Source: Trueperaceae bacterium
Lineage (GTDB): Bacteria > Deinococcota > Deinococci > Deinococcales > Trueperaceae
Direction of reading: 5' to 3'
Assembly: GCA_034520945.1 (NCBI GenBank)
Contig: JAXHNB010000006.1
Span: forward strand, 896,001-960,000
DNA: 64,000 nucleotides
Made by a program: the position numbers and the translations under genes. The notes beneath the pieces are model-generated. The model was given only the letters and a program-made list of their open reading frames with translations, ran no database searches and was not told the DNA's origin. Position 1 is the stretch's first letter. Each line of letters starts with the position of its first letter. This document shows, piece after piece, positions 23,389 to 33,588 of the stretch.

Positions 23389-24093
23389 TCAGCCTCCCAG
23401 GTACAGCCGACCCACGTCCGGGTCGTTCAACAGGCGCGGGCCGGGGCCGTCCAGTTCGTTGCGGCCGGCGGCCAGGACGTAGCCGCGGTCGGCCAACTGC
23501 AGCGACTTGCGGGCGTTCTGCTCCACCATCAGGATGGCGATCCCCGCCTCGTTCACGTCCTTGATCCGCTCGAAGATGTGATCCACCAGCAGTGGCGCCA
23601 GGCCGGCGGACGGTTCGTCGAGCATCAACAACGTCGGTTCCAGCATCAGCGCGCGGCCCATCGCCACCATCTGACGTTCGCCGCCGGACATCTGCCCGGC
23701 CCGTTGGCGGCGCCGCTCATGAAGCTTGGGAAACAGTTCGTACACGCGTTCCTTGCGTGGCTCCAGTGGTCCCGACACCGTGAACGCCCCCATTTCCAGG
23801 TTCTCTTCGACCGTCAGGGTGCGAAAGATGTTGGCCACCTGCGGCACGTACGCCAGGCCGCGCTGCACCAGCTTGTTGGGGGGCAGGCCCGAGACGTCCT
23901 CGTCCTGGAACCGGACGCGTCCCTCCCACGGCTTCAACAGCCCGAACACGAGTTTCATCGCGGTCGACTTGCCGGCGCCGTTGGGGCCGATGATGGACAC
24001 GATCTCGCCGGTGCGGACCTCCAGCGACACGTCGCGGAGCACCTCCATCGAGCCGTAGCCGCTGGTGACGCCCTCGACCTCAAGCAGCGCCAT
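23389..24093 (-). CDS. livF: HAAT ABC ATPase (LivF-like)
   Basis: GPNGAGKST, MSGGERQ, LDEPSAGL. Confidence 0.9.
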   Translation of the reverse strand: MALLEVEGVTSGYGSMEVLRDVSLEVRTGEIVSIIGPNGAGKSTAMKLVFGLLKPWEGRVRFQDEDVSGLPPNKLVQRGLAYVPQVANIFRTLTVEENLEMGAFTVSGPLEPRKERVYELFPKLHERRRQRAGQMSGGERQMVAMGRALMLEPTLLMLDEPSAGLAPLLVDHIFERIKDVNEAGIAILMVEQNARKSLQLADRGYVLAAGRNELDGPGPRLLNDPDVGRLYLGG

Positions 24094-24868
24094 GCTGCCC
24101 TCCCAGGTAGGCCTCCAGGACCCGTGGATCGCGGCGCACCTCGGCGGGCGGGCCGACGGCCAACTCCCGCCCCTGGTTCATCACGATCACCGGGTCGCAC
24201 AGGTCCATGACGAGTTGCATGTCGTGCTCGATCAGCAAAAACGTGATGCCGCGTTCCCGGGCCAGTAGCTCGATGCGCCCCCGGATCTCGGACATGAGCG
24301 TAGGGTTCACGCCGGCGGCGGGTTCGTCCAGGAGGACCAACGCAGGATCCGCCATCAGCGTTCGTGCCATCTCCAGCAGCTTTTTCTGCCCACCGGACAG
24401 GGACTGCGCGTACTCGTGCGCCAACGGTTCGAGCTGCAGGAACGAAAGCACGTCCATGGCCTTGTCGCGATTGGCCCGCTCCTGGCGGCGGACGGCTCCG
24501 GGACGCAGCAGGGGGTTCCACAGGCGTTCACCCATCTGTCCTTTGGGGACCAGCAGTAGGTTCTCCAGGACGGTCATGCTGCCGTGCTCCCGCGGGATCT
24601 GGAAGGTGCGGCACAGGCCCTGGCGGAACACGCGATGCGGGGGCCAGCCGGTGATGTCGACGCCGTCGAACGTGACGCGCCCCTCGTCGGGCGTGATAAA
24701 GCCCGACACCAGGCTGAACAGGGTGGTCTTGCCGGCCCCGTTCGGGCCGATCAGGCCGGTGATGGTGCCGCGCTGCACCGTGACGTTGCAGCGGTCCACG
24801 GCGCGGAGCCCCCCGAAGTCCTTGGTCAGGGCCTCGATGGTCAGGATGTGATCCTCGCCTGCGCCCAT
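24080..24868 (-). CDS. livG: HAAT ABC ATPase (LivG-like)
   Basis: GPNGAGKTT, LSGGQKK, IEHDM, EAYLG; GGAAGGAG RBS. Confidence 0.9.
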   Translation of the reverse strand: MGAGEDHILTIEALTKDFGGLRAVDRCNVTVQRGTITGLIGPNGAGKTTLFSLVSGFITPDEGRVTFDGVDITGWPPHRVFRQGLCRTFQIPREHGSMTVLENLLLVPKGQMGERLWNPLLRPGAVRRQERANRDKAMDVLSFLQLEPLAHEYAQSLSGGQKKLLEMARTLMADPALVLLDEPAAGVNPTLMSEIRGRIELLARERGITFLLIEHDMQLVMDLCDPVIVMNQGRELAVGPPAEVRRDPRVLEAYLGGQHGAA

Positions 24869-25001
24869 GCCTCTCCTTCCATGTGCCGTGGCCGCGGTCG
24901 CCCCGCGCAGCCAGGTCGCGTGGGGCGCGCCGTTCCCGCCGCGCGAGGGCGGGCCGGGCCTCCGTTCTTCTACCACGGGCTCGCCCCGTACACGCCAGCC
25001 C

Positions 25002-28000
25002 TCACTCCGCCTCGCGGGAGAGGACGACCTCCAGCGTGGTGCCGTTCGCGCCGTCCAGCGTGCCCGTCTCCCGGTGCTCGCCCTCGGGCCGCGCGCCGGT
25101 GTCGTGGCGCGTCATGACGCGTGCCAGCGTCTCCTCCTGCACGGTGGCCTGGTGCTCCTGCAACGCCGCCACGACCTCTGGGGCGTCGCTGGCCCAGGAG
25201 AGGCGGATCCGGTCGGACACCGCGAAGCCCGCCTTCTTGCGGGCGTTCTGAACCAGGCGGACCGCGTCGCGCGCCATCCCCTCGCGCCGCAAGGCGTCGG
25301 TGAGGGTGGTGTCCAGCGCCGCCAGGTAGCCGCGGTCCTCGACCGCCGCGAACCCCTCGGGGCTGCGGGCGTCCAACAGGAACGCCTCGGCTTCGAGCTC
25401 CACCGTGTCGCCGTCCAACTCGAAGCGGACCGAACGTCCCTCCGAGACCTCCTTCGCGAGCTGACGGGGGTCGCGCTGCGCCAGTGCCTCGCGGAGTGCG
25501 GGGATCTTGGGACCCAGGCGCCGGCCCAACCGCGGCAGGTTCGGCTTGACGTCGTAGTCCACGAAGGCGTCGTTCACGCTCAGGTAGCGGGCCTCCTTGA
25601 CGTTCAGCTCCTCCAGCAACTGCCCCTCGAGGCGGCGCACGCCTTCGGCCTCCGCCTCGCTGCGCACCCGCACCAGCACCGCGGGAAGCGGTTGACGAAT
25701 CTTGACGCCCGATTGGGCGCGGGCGGCGCGGCCCAGTTCCACCACGCGGATCAAGGCGCGCATGTCGCGCATCAACGCGTCGTCGATGACGGCCTCGTCG
25801 GCCAGGGGCCAGTCGGCCAAGTGCACCGAGGCCGGCGCTTCGAGATCGAGGTTCACGACCAGGTTGCGGTACAGGAGCTCGGCCAGGAACGGCGCCATCG
25901 GCGCGATGAGCTTGGCGACCGTGACCAACGCTTCGTGCAGGGCTTGGTAGGCACTGACCTGATCGGCGGCGTCACGCGACTTCCAGAAGCGCTTGCGGTT
26001 GCGCCGCACGTACCAGTTGGACAGGTCGTCCACCACGAAGTCGCGAACCTGGCGGCTGGCGCCGGTGGCGTCGAAGGCCTCCAGTCGCTCGGTCACGTCG
26101 CGCACCAGCGCGTGCGCGCGGCTGACCAGCCAGCGGTCCATCTCGGGGCGTTCCGCGGCGCGCGGGCGGGCGCTCAGGTCCGGCCGGTCCAGGTTGGCGT
26201 ACATCACGAAGAAGCCGTACACGTTCCACAGCGTCATCATGAAATCGCGCTGCGACGCTTCGACCAGGCCGGGGCTGAACCGCTTGGTCGCCTCTGGCGG
26301 GCTGGCGCTGTACATGTACCAGCGCAGCGCGTCGGAGCCCTGCGCGTTCAGGACGGTCCACGGGTCGACCACGTTGCCCTTCGACTTCGACATCTTCTCG
26401 CCGTTCTCGTCGACGATGTGGCCCAGCACGATCACGTTGCGAAACGCGCTGGTGTTCGGGGCGAGGTGCGCCAGCGGTCCCGCCGGCCGCTCGCCCGCGC
26501 CGTCGTCGGTGAGCAGCGTCCCCAACGCGTGCAGGCTGTAGAACCAGCCGCGGGTCTGGTCGATCGCTTCGCAGATGTAGTCGGCGGGGAAGGCGCGTTC
26601 GAACGCGCGCCGGTCGTCGGGCTCGGTCGCGTTTCCGAGGTAGTGGTGCTGCGCGTAGGGCATGGCGCCGGACTCGAACCACACGTCCACGGTGTAGGGG
26701 ACGCGCGTGAACCTCTTGCCATTTTTGTCGAAGGTCACCTCGTCCACGTACGGGCGGTGCAGGTCCAGGCCGGACAGGTCCCGGCCGGTCAAGGATTCGA
26801 GCTGCGCGACGGATCCGACGCAGATCCGTTCGCTGCCGTCCTCCGCCTCCCAGATCGGCAGGGGACAGCCCCAGTACCGTTCGCGGCTGATCGCCCAGTC
26901 GACGTTGCCCTCGAGCCAGTTGCCGAAGCGGCCGGTCCGGATGTGGTCCGGAACCCAGTCGACCCGGTCGTTGTTCGCCAGCAGCCGGTCCTTGAGGGCG
27001 GTCGTGCGGATGTACCAACTCTTCTTGGCGACGTTCATGAGCGGTTTGCCGTCACGCCAGTTGAAGGGGTAGGCGTGGCGGATCACGTCCCGCCGGTACA
27101 TCAGGCCGCGCGCGATCAGGTCGTCCGCAATGGCGCCGTCGGCCTCCTTGAACCAGCGCCCGGCGTAGGGGCCCGGCGTCCCGTCGGAATGGTCGAGGGG
27201 GGCGACCTCCGGGAGCACCTCGCCGGTGAGGGAGACGCTGAACAGGGTGGGCAGGCCGTGGGTGCGGCCCTGCTCCAGGTCGCCGTAGGCGGGTGCCAGG
27301 TGCAGCACGCCTGTGCCGTCCTCCAAACTCACCGAGGGATCCAGCACCACGCGGTGGCCGCGCGCCGCGTCGTCCGTCGCCTCGGCGCGGCCACGCAGGA
27401 TCGGCCGGTAGGGAAGCCCCTCCAGCGCGCGTCCCGCGAAGGTGGTGAGCGTGTCGTGCGGATCGTCCCCGAACACGTCCGCCACCCGGTCTTGGGCCAG
27501 GATGAACGCCGTGTCCATCTCCGACCCGCCGCGGCGCGCGGGCGCGTGGACCAGCGCATAGGTGGCGTCGGCAGCGACCGCCAGGCCCGTGTTGGCCGGC
27601 AGCGTCCAGGGGGTGGTGGTCCAGGCCAGCAGTCGCACGGGCGTCGTTAGCCCGCTCGGCAGCAGGTCGCGGGCCCGCAGCTCTTCCTCGTCAGCGGGAA
27701 AGGCGGGGTAGACCGAGGGGTCCTCGACGTCCTCCTCGTAGCCCAACGAGACCTCGTGCGAGGCGAGGGTGGTGTTGCTGCTGGGGCTGTGCCAGGTGGT
27801 CTTGTAGTCCTCCTGCAGCAGGCCGCGCTGGTAGAGGTTCTCGAAGATCCACCAGCAGGACTCGATGTAGTCGTTGTCGTAGGTGACGTACGCGTTTTCG
27901 AGGTCCAGCCAGAACGCGATCCGCTCCGTCATGGCGGTCCAGTCCTGGATGTTCTCGAACACGTACTCGCGGCACAGCCGGTTGAACGCCTCGATGCCGT

Positions 28001-28331
28001 ATTCCTCGATCTGCTGCTTGCTGGTGAACCCCAGGCGCTGCTCGATGGCGATCTCGACCGGGAGGCCGTGCGTGTCCCAGCCGCCCTTGCGCTCCACGTG
28101 GTAGCCCTGCATGGTGCGGAAGCGCGGAAACAGATCCTTGAACGCGCGGCTGATGACGTGGTGCACGCCGGGTTTGCCGTTGGCGGTCGGGGGGCCCTCG
28201 TAGAACACCCAAGGCCCCTTCGGTGCTGGTTTGCGCAGCGATGCGCCGAACACGTCGCGTTCGCGCCAGCGTTCGATCACCTCGCGCTCCAACGCGGGAA
28301 AGTCGGGATCGTTCGGTACCTCGTCGAACAT
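25002..28331 (-). CDS. ileS: Isoleucyl-tRNA synthetase, type 2
   Basis: YEGPPTANGKPGVHH, GWDTHGLP, WTTTPWTLP, DWAISRERYWG, KMSKS, long IleRS2-type C-terminus. Confidence 0.96.
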   Translation of the reverse strand: MFDEVPNDPDFPALEREVIERWRERDVFGASLRKPAPKGPWVFYEGPPTANGKPGVHHVISRAFKDLFPRFRTMQGYHVERKGGWDTHGLPVEIAIEQRLGFTSKQQIEEYGIEAFNRLCREYVFENIQDWTAMTERIAFWLDLENAYVTYDNDYIESCWWIFENLYQRGLLQEDYKTTWHSPSSNTTLASHEVSLGYEEDVEDPSVYPAFPADEEELRARDLLPSGLTTPVRLLAWTTTPWTLPANTGLAVAADATYALVHAPARRGGSEMDTAFILAQDRVADVFGDDPHDTLTTFAGRALEGLPYRPILRGRAEATDDAARGHRVVLDPSVSLEDGTGVLHLAPAYGDLEQGRTHGLPTLFSVSLTGEVLPEVAPLDHSDGTPGPYAGRWFKEADGAIADDLIARGLMYRRDVIRHAYPFNWRDGKPLMNVAKKSWYIRTTALKDRLLANNDRVDWVPDHIRTGRFGNWLEGNVDWAISRERYWGCPLPIWEAEDGSERICVGSVAQLESLTGRDLSGLDLHRPYVDEVTFDKNGKRFTRVPYTVDVWFESGAMPYAQHHYLGNATEPDDRRAFERAFPADYICEAIDQTRGWFYSLHALGTLLTDDGAGERPAGPLAHLAPNTSAFRNVIVLGHIVDENGEKMSKSKGNVVDPWTVLNAQGSDALRWYMYSASPPEATKRFSPGLVEASQRDFMMTLWNVYGFFVMYANLDRPDLSARPRAAERPEMDRWLVSRAHALVRDVTERLEAFDATGASRQVRDFVVDDLSNWYVRRNRKRFWKSRDAADQVSAYQALHEALVTVAKLIAPMAPFLAELLYRNLVVNLDLEAPASVHLADWPLADEAVIDDALMRDMRALIRVVELGRAARAQSGVKIRQPLPAVLVRVRSEAEAEGVRRLEGQLLEELNVKEARYLSVNDAFVDYDVKPNLPRLGRRLGPKIPALREALAQRDPRQLAKEVSEGRSVRFELDGDTVELEAEAFLLDARSPEGFAAVEDRGYLAALDTTLTDALRREGMARDAVRLVQNARKKAGFAVSDRIRLSWASDAPEVVAALQEHQATVQEETLARVMTRHDTGARPEGEHRETGTLDGANGTTLEVVLSREAE

Positions 28332-28365
28332 CTCTTCGCCTCGCCTCCTCCGGCCCGGGCCCACG

Positions 28366-28658
28366 CAGAACGGGGCGTCCGGACGCGCGTGCGTCGGGAC
28401 GCCCCGTGGAGCGTGGTACCACCCGAACGTCGCCTCGGCCCCTACGACCGCAGCCTCTCGGTCGCCCGCACCGCCGCGGGAGCGGCGCGAGGACCCGGCG
28501 CGATGACGTGCGCCACGCGGCTCCGTCTACTGACCGGCCTCCGCCGGCGTTCGGGGAGCGGCTCGGGGAGGATATCCGCCGGTGGCCACCGCCGGGCTCG
28601 CACCGTTCCCGGCTCGCTGGGCGTGGTTCGCTTCCGTCGAACGTGTTCCCGTCGTCGC
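28366..28658 (-). promoter_or_regulatory. T-box riboswitch leader (Ile)
   Basis: On the minus strand: AGCGA/GGUGCGA apical motifs of stem I, an AUC candidate specifier, GAA...AGUA stem II, T-box GGGUGGUACCACG and a downstream GGGGCGUCC...GGACGCCCC hairpin. Confidence 0.85.
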
Positions 28659-28920
28659 CTGAACTCGGGCCGCGCTCCGGTGAACCGAAAAGGTTGCATC
28701 GTGCCCCGCGACCCGCGTATACTCGACGCTAGCAGCCGGTCCGTAAGCGCGTCAATACGCCGGTGCGCCCCGACCACAACCTGATCGCGCCGCGCGCATG
28801 CACGTACCCCGTGTCGCGTTCAGGCCTAGCGGCGCACCGGTCCGCCGGTCCGCACGCGTGACCTGATACCCCAGACCAAGACGCTTCGCGAATATCCGTC
28901 GTGTCTGGAACGGAGCCGAG

Positions 28921-30705
28921 ATGAGCCCACGTACCAAGAAGCAGGACGCCGACGAGCAGCCCGAGGCCTCGGACGCGGACGCGCCCAAGAAGCGGCGCGG
29001 ACGCCCGCGCAAGAACGCGGACGAAACCGTAGACACCAGCGACGGTTCCGCCACGAGCAGCGAGGGCAGCGAGGGGGGCGAGGCCGCATCCGCGCCGAAG
29101 AAGCGTGGGCGCCCCCGCAAGAAGAAGGCGGACGAAAGCAGCGAAGCGGCGGACGCCGCCTCCATCGGCGAGGCCACGGCGTCCGGCGAAGCCGACGCTT
29201 CGGCCGGCGAGGACACGGCACCGCGCAAGGAGGCCCGCCGCGGCCGCAAGAAGAAGCGCGACGCGGAGGAGGCGGACACGGGCGGAGAGGACGACGGCGA
29301 GTCCGGCCGTTCGTCCGACGACGCGGACCGGAGGGACGAGGGGGATGACGCGGCCGCGTCGGCCTCCGAACGTGACGAGGACGAGGGCAGCGAGGGCGAG
29401 GACGAGCCTCAGGGTGGCAGTCGCCGTCGCTCGCGCCGTTCGCGCGGGAACCTGCGTGTCAACTACCGGGACCTGCAGGCCAAGATTCTGCCCGAGCTGC
29501 ACCTGCTGGCCAAAGAGGTAGGGCTCGACGACTACCGTGCCATGGAGAAGGACGACCTGGCCGTCGCCATCCTGGCGCGACTGTCGGAGTCCGAGGGGCT
29601 GAAGCTGGTCAACGGCTACCTGGAGATCTCCAGCGACGGCTACGGGTTCCTGCAGGACTCCCTGTTGCAGAACGACACCCGCAAGGTGATCGTGTCGGCC
29701 GGCCTCATCAAGCAGTTCCGCCTGCGGACCGGCGACTTCATCATGGGCAAGTCCCGGGCCCCCCGCAAGAACGAGCGGTACGGCACCCTGATCCGCGTGG
29801 AGGCGGTGAACGGCGTCGACCCGTTCCAAGCGTCCAAGCGGCCCCGCTTCGACGACCTGGTGCCGACCTTCCCCGAGGAGCGCATCAAGCTCGAGACCAC
29901 CCCGAATGAGTTGTCGGCCCGCGTGATCGACCTGCTGGCGCCGATCGGCCGGGGTCAGCGCGGGCTCATCGTGGCGCCCCCCAAGGGCGGCAAGACCACC
30001 CTGCTCAAGACCATCGCGCACTCGGTCGTCACCAACGAAACCGACGTGAAGGTGATCGTGCTGCTGGTCGACGAACGGCCGGAGGAGGTCACCGACTTCC
30101 GCGAGTCCGTCGACGGCGTCGAAGTGGTCGCCTCCACCTTCGACGAGCCGCCCACCAACCACATCCGCGTCGCCGAATTCGTGCACGAACGCTCGCGCCG
30201 CATCGTCGAAGAGGGCGGCAACGTGGTGATCCTGCTCGACTCGATCACCCGCCTGGCGCGCGCCAACAACCTGGTGACGCCCCCGACGGGTCGCACCCTG
30301 TCGGGCGGCCTGGACAGCAGCGCGCTGCACTGGCCCAAGCGCTTCCTCGGCGCCGCCCGCAACATCCGCGGTGGGGGCAGCCTCTCCATCCTGGCGACCG
30401 CGTTGGTCGAGACCGGCTCCCGCATGGACGACGTGATCTTCGAGGAGTTCAAGGGCACCGGCAACATGGAGCTGCACCTCAGCCGCCGCCTCGAGGAGCG
30501 CCGCATCTTCCCGGCCATCGACATCCTCAAGTCGGGCACGCGGCGGGAGGACCTGCTGCTGGACGAGTCCAGCCTGGCCAAGATGTGGCTCTTGCGGAAG
30601 GTGATCAGCGACATGGACGCCTCCGAGGCGATGGAGATGCTGCTGTCGCGCCTGTCGCGCACCAAGACCAACGAAGAGTTCCTCTCCACCCTGGGCCAGG
30701 GCTGA
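28921..30705 (+). CDS. rho: Transcription termination factor Rho with long N-terminal low-complexity extension
   Basis: DGYGFL, PIGRGQRGLIVAPPKGGKT, LLDSITRLARA, FKGTGNMEL. Confidence 0.97.
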   Translation: MSPRTKKQDADEQPEASDADAPKKRRGRPRKNADETVDTSDGSATSSEGSEGGEAASAPKKRGRPRKKKADESSEAADAASIGEATASGEADASAGEDTAPRKEARRGRKKKRDAEEADTGGEDDGESGRSSDDADRRDEGDDAAASASERDEDEGSEGEDEPQGGSRRRSRRSRGNLRVNYRDLQAKILPELHLLAKEVGLDDYRAMEKDDLAVAILARLSESEGLKLVNGYLEISSDGYGFLQDSLLQNDTRKVIVSAGLIKQFRLRTGDFIMGKSRAPRKNERYGTLIRVEAVNGVDPFQASKRPRFDDLVPTFPEERIKLETTPNELSARVIDLLAPIGRGQRGLIVAPPKGGKTTLLKTIAHSVVTNETDVKVIVLLVDERPEEVTDFRESVDGVEVVASTFDEPPTNHIRVAEFVHERSRRIVEEGGNVVILLDSITRLARANNLVTPPTGRTLSGGLDSSALHWPKRFLGAARNIRGGGSLSILATALVETGSRMDDVIFEEFKGTGNMELHLSRRLEERRIFPAIDILKSGTRREDLLLDESSLAKMWLLRKVISDMDASEAMEMLLSRLSRTKTNEEFLSTLGQG

Positions 30706-30766
30706 GCGAAGGCCGGTGGCGCATGGCGGCCCGCCGGCACCGGCCCCTTCGCCCGCGCGGTGTGGC

Positions 30767-31849
30767 ATGCGCGCCTGGACGGGTCGGGTGCTGCGCCGGA
30801 TCGTGCTGGCCGGAAGCCTCGCCGGCTGCCTGATCGTCTCCGTGGCCGCCGCTCAGGGCGAGCACGTGGTGCGCCCGGGCGACACCCTGTACGACCTGGC
30901 GGTGCGCTACGACACCGACGTGGCGACGCTGCGGGAACTGAACGACCTCAGCGGCGACCTGCTGCGGGTCGGTTCGGTCCTGCGTCTGCCGGGCCCGGAC
31001 GGTTGGCGTCAGGCGCGTGCCCCAGGCGACGCCACCTGGGCCACCATGGCGGACGCGACCGGCCGCGCGGAGCAGGTGTTACGGGCCGCCAACCCCGAGC
31101 GTGACGATCCGGCGGGGCGCACCGTGCGCATCCCGCCCGCCGACGGCGCCGTCACCTGGGTGCGGGACGGCGAGGACCTCGTGCTGGTGGCCGGGCGTAC
31201 GGGGGTCTCGCCGGGCACCCTGGCCGAACGGAACGGGCTGGAGCCGCCCTACCGGCTGAAGGTGGGACAGCCGTTGGTGGTGCCCCTCGGTGCGGCCGGC
31301 GTCGCCCCCGCGAACGGGATGGGCGGTGCCGAGGGCGAGCCCCAGGACCAGGGGGACGCCTCGACGGCGGCGACGCACGCCGAGCTGCGACAGGCCGCCT
31401 TGGCGGCGCTGCCCGAAGTGCTGGGGCGGCAACAGCTCGACCCGCCCGAGGAGGGCTTCGCGTGGCCTTTGGCGGGTTCACCGCGCATCACCAGCCGCTT
31501 CGGTTGGCGGAACCTCTCCGTCCTCGGCAACCGCTACCATCAGGGCCTGGACCTGGCGGCCGCGCCCGGCACGCCGGTGCTGGCCGCCCGCGCGGGCGAG
31601 GTGGTGCGCGCCGGCTGGGCGGGGGCCTACGGGTACGCCGTCTACGTGCGGCACACGGACGGGTTCGAGACGCGCTACGCGCACCTGCAGCGCCTCGGCG
31701 TTCGCGTGGGACAGAGGGTGGCCCGCGGCGCCGAGCTCGGGCGCGTCGGCTCCACCGGCGCCTCGACCGGCCCGCACCTGCACTTCGAGACGCGCCTGGG
31801 CGCGTCGGCGGTGGATCCGCTGGAGGTGCTGCCGCCCGCTGGGCGTTGA
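30767..31849 (+). CDS. LysM-repeat M23 peptidoglycan endopeptidase
   Basis: Signal peptide, LysM HVVRPGDTLYDLA, M23 motifs HQGLD, YAHL, STGPHLHFE. Confidence 0.9.
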   Translation: MRAWTGRVLRRIVLAGSLAGCLIVSVAAAQGEHVVRPGDTLYDLAVRYDTDVATLRELNDLSGDLLRVGSVLRLPGPDGWRQARAPGDATWATMADATGRAEQVLRAANPERDDPAGRTVRIPPADGAVTWVRDGEDLVLVAGRTGVSPGTLAERNGLEPPYRLKVGQPLVVPLGAAGVAPANGMGGAEGEPQDQGDASTAATHAELRQAALAALPEVLGRQQLDPPEEGFAWPLAGSPRITSRFGWRNLSVLGNRYHQGLDLAAAPGTPVLAARAGEVVRAGWAGAYGYAVYVRHTDGFETRYAHLQRLGVRVGQRVARGAELGRVGSTGASTGPHLHFETRLGASAVDPLEVLPPAGR

Positions 31850-31923
31850 GCACGTTCACGGCGGCGTTGACCGCCTCACCGGGCCGGGATATCGTGCAGG
31901 TGAAACGGACGGAGGCGACGCCC

Positions 31924-32373
31924 ATGTGGGTCTCGACCAAAGCACAGTACGGGATGCGGGCGCTCGTCGAGGTGGCGCTCAGCGGCGAGCGTCCCACCAG
32001 CCTGAAGACGGTGGCGGAGCGGCAGGACCTGTCGCACCAGTACCTCGAGCAGATCTTCGCGGTGCTGCGCCGTGCCGGGCTGGTCGACAGCGTCCGCGGG
32101 GCCCATGGCGGGTACCGCCTGGCGCGCGCCCCCGCCGACGTGACGGCGCTGGAAATCGTCGAGCTCCTCGAAGGTTCCGTCGCGCCCGTCACCTGTATCG
32201 ACGACGAGGACACCTGCAGCCGCGTCGGCGCCTGCAGCACCGAGTCGTTGTGGCGCCAGGTGGACCACGCCGTGCGCGAGGTCCTGCGCGCCAAGACGCT
32301 GGCCGACCTGGTGCAGGAGCGCCAACTGTTGAACCTCGAACCGCTGCCGGATCGCTTCTCGCTGTCCACGTGA
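31924..32373 (+). CDS. Rrf2 family transcriptional regulator (IscR/CymR-like, three Cys)
   Basis: STKAQYGMRAL, YLEQI, SVRGAHGGY, C-x6-C-x5-C. Confidence 0.9.
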   Translation: MWVSTKAQYGMRALVEVALSGERPTSLKTVAERQDLSHQYLEQIFAVLRRAGLVDSVRGAHGGYRLARAPADVTALEIVELLEGSVAPVTCIDDEDTCSRVGACSTESLWRQVDHAVREVLRAKTLADLVQERQLLNLEPLPDRFSLST

Positions 32374-33536
32374 CGCACGGGCGGATCTACCTGGATCACG
32401 CCGCCACCACCCCCCTCGCGGAGGCGGCGTTGGCGGCGATGCAGTCATGGTGGGGGGTGGCCGCCAGCGCCAGCTCCGTCCACCGTAGCGGCCAGCGCGC
32501 CCGCGCCGCGGTGGAAACGGCGCGCGAACGCGTCGCGGGGGCCGTGGGTGCGCACCCGTCGAAGATCGTGTTCACCTCCGGTGCCACGGAGGCGGACGGC
32601 TTGGCCGTGCGGGGCGCGCTGGATGCTGCGGACCCACAGGCCGCGCTGGCCTACGGCGCGACCGAACACGCCGCCGTGCTGCGACCCGCCGAACGGGAGG
32701 GCCTCGGCGGGCGCCCGGTACGGAGCGTGCCGCCGGCGGCCAACGGTGCCATGTCGGTGGACGCCCTGCGTGCCGTGTTGGCGTCGCTGGAGGGTCCGGT
32801 CGGGCTGGTCGCCGCCATGCACACCAACAACGAGACCGGAGGGCTGGCCGACGTGCCGGCGCTGGCCGAAGCGGCGCACCGGGCCGGGGCGGTGTTCCTG
32901 TGCGACGCGGCCCAGGCCTTCGGGGTCACGCCGCTGGACGTGCACGCGCTGGGGGCGGACCTGGTGACGATCTCGTCGCACAAGATCGGCGGTCCGCAAG
33001 GCGTCGGGGCGTTGTGGATCCGTGCGGGGACGACGGTGGTGCCGCAGCAGCTGGGCGGCGAACAGGAGCGAGGCATGCGGGCCGGCACGCATCCCGTGGC
33101 GGCTTTGGTCGGCTTCGGCGCGGCGGCCGAGGCGGCCGGACGCGAGGCGGAGGCCCGCGGCCGGACGTGCGCCGCACGGCGCGACCTGCTGGCGTCCCTG
33201 CTTCACGCCACGCCGGGGATCGAACCCAACGGGACGGGCCCCCGCGGCCCCAAGCACCTGAACCTGCACGTGGCGGGCGTGGACGGGGAGACGTTGCTGA
33301 TGGCGCTGGACGACGCCGGGGTCGAGGTCAGCGCCGGCTCCGCCTGCGCCGCGGGCAGCGTCGAGCCCAGCCACGTGCTGTTGGCCATGGGTCTCCCGGC
33401 GGCGAAGGCGCGCGCCAGCCTGCGCTTCAGTGTGGCGCCGGACACGACCGAGGCGGAGGTGCACGAGGCCGCCGCCCGCGTCGCTGAGGTGGTCGGGCGG
33501 CTGCGGGCGCTCGGTGCGCCCGCAGCGGTGTCCTGA
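32370..33536 (+). CDS. Cysteine desulfurase (IscS/NifS family)
   Basis: YLDHAATTP, FTSGATE, SSHKIGGP (PLP Lys), SAGSAC; GTGA overlap with the Rrf2 gene. Confidence 0.92.
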   Translation: MTHGRIYLDHAATTPLAEAALAAMQSWWGVAASASSVHRSGQRARAAVETARERVAGAVGAHPSKIVFTSGATEADGLAVRGALDAADPQAALAYGATEHAAVLRPAEREGLGGRPVRSVPPAANGAMSVDALRAVLASLEGPVGLVAAMHTNNETGGLADVPALAEAAHRAGAVFLCDAAQAFGVTPLDVHALGADLVTISSHKIGGPQGVGALWIRAGTTVVPQQLGGEQERGMRAGTHPVAALVGFGAAAEAAGREAEARGRTCAARRDLLASLLHATPGIEPNGTGPRGPKHLNLHVAGVDGETLLMALDDAGVEVSAGSACAAGSVEPSHVLLAMGLPAAKARASLRFSVAPDTTEAEVHEAAARVAEVVGRLRALGAPAAVS

Positions 33537-33588
33537 ACGGCGGCGGTCCCGCGCGAGCACGGCTCGTGGAGGTCCGCCCGGGCTCGGC

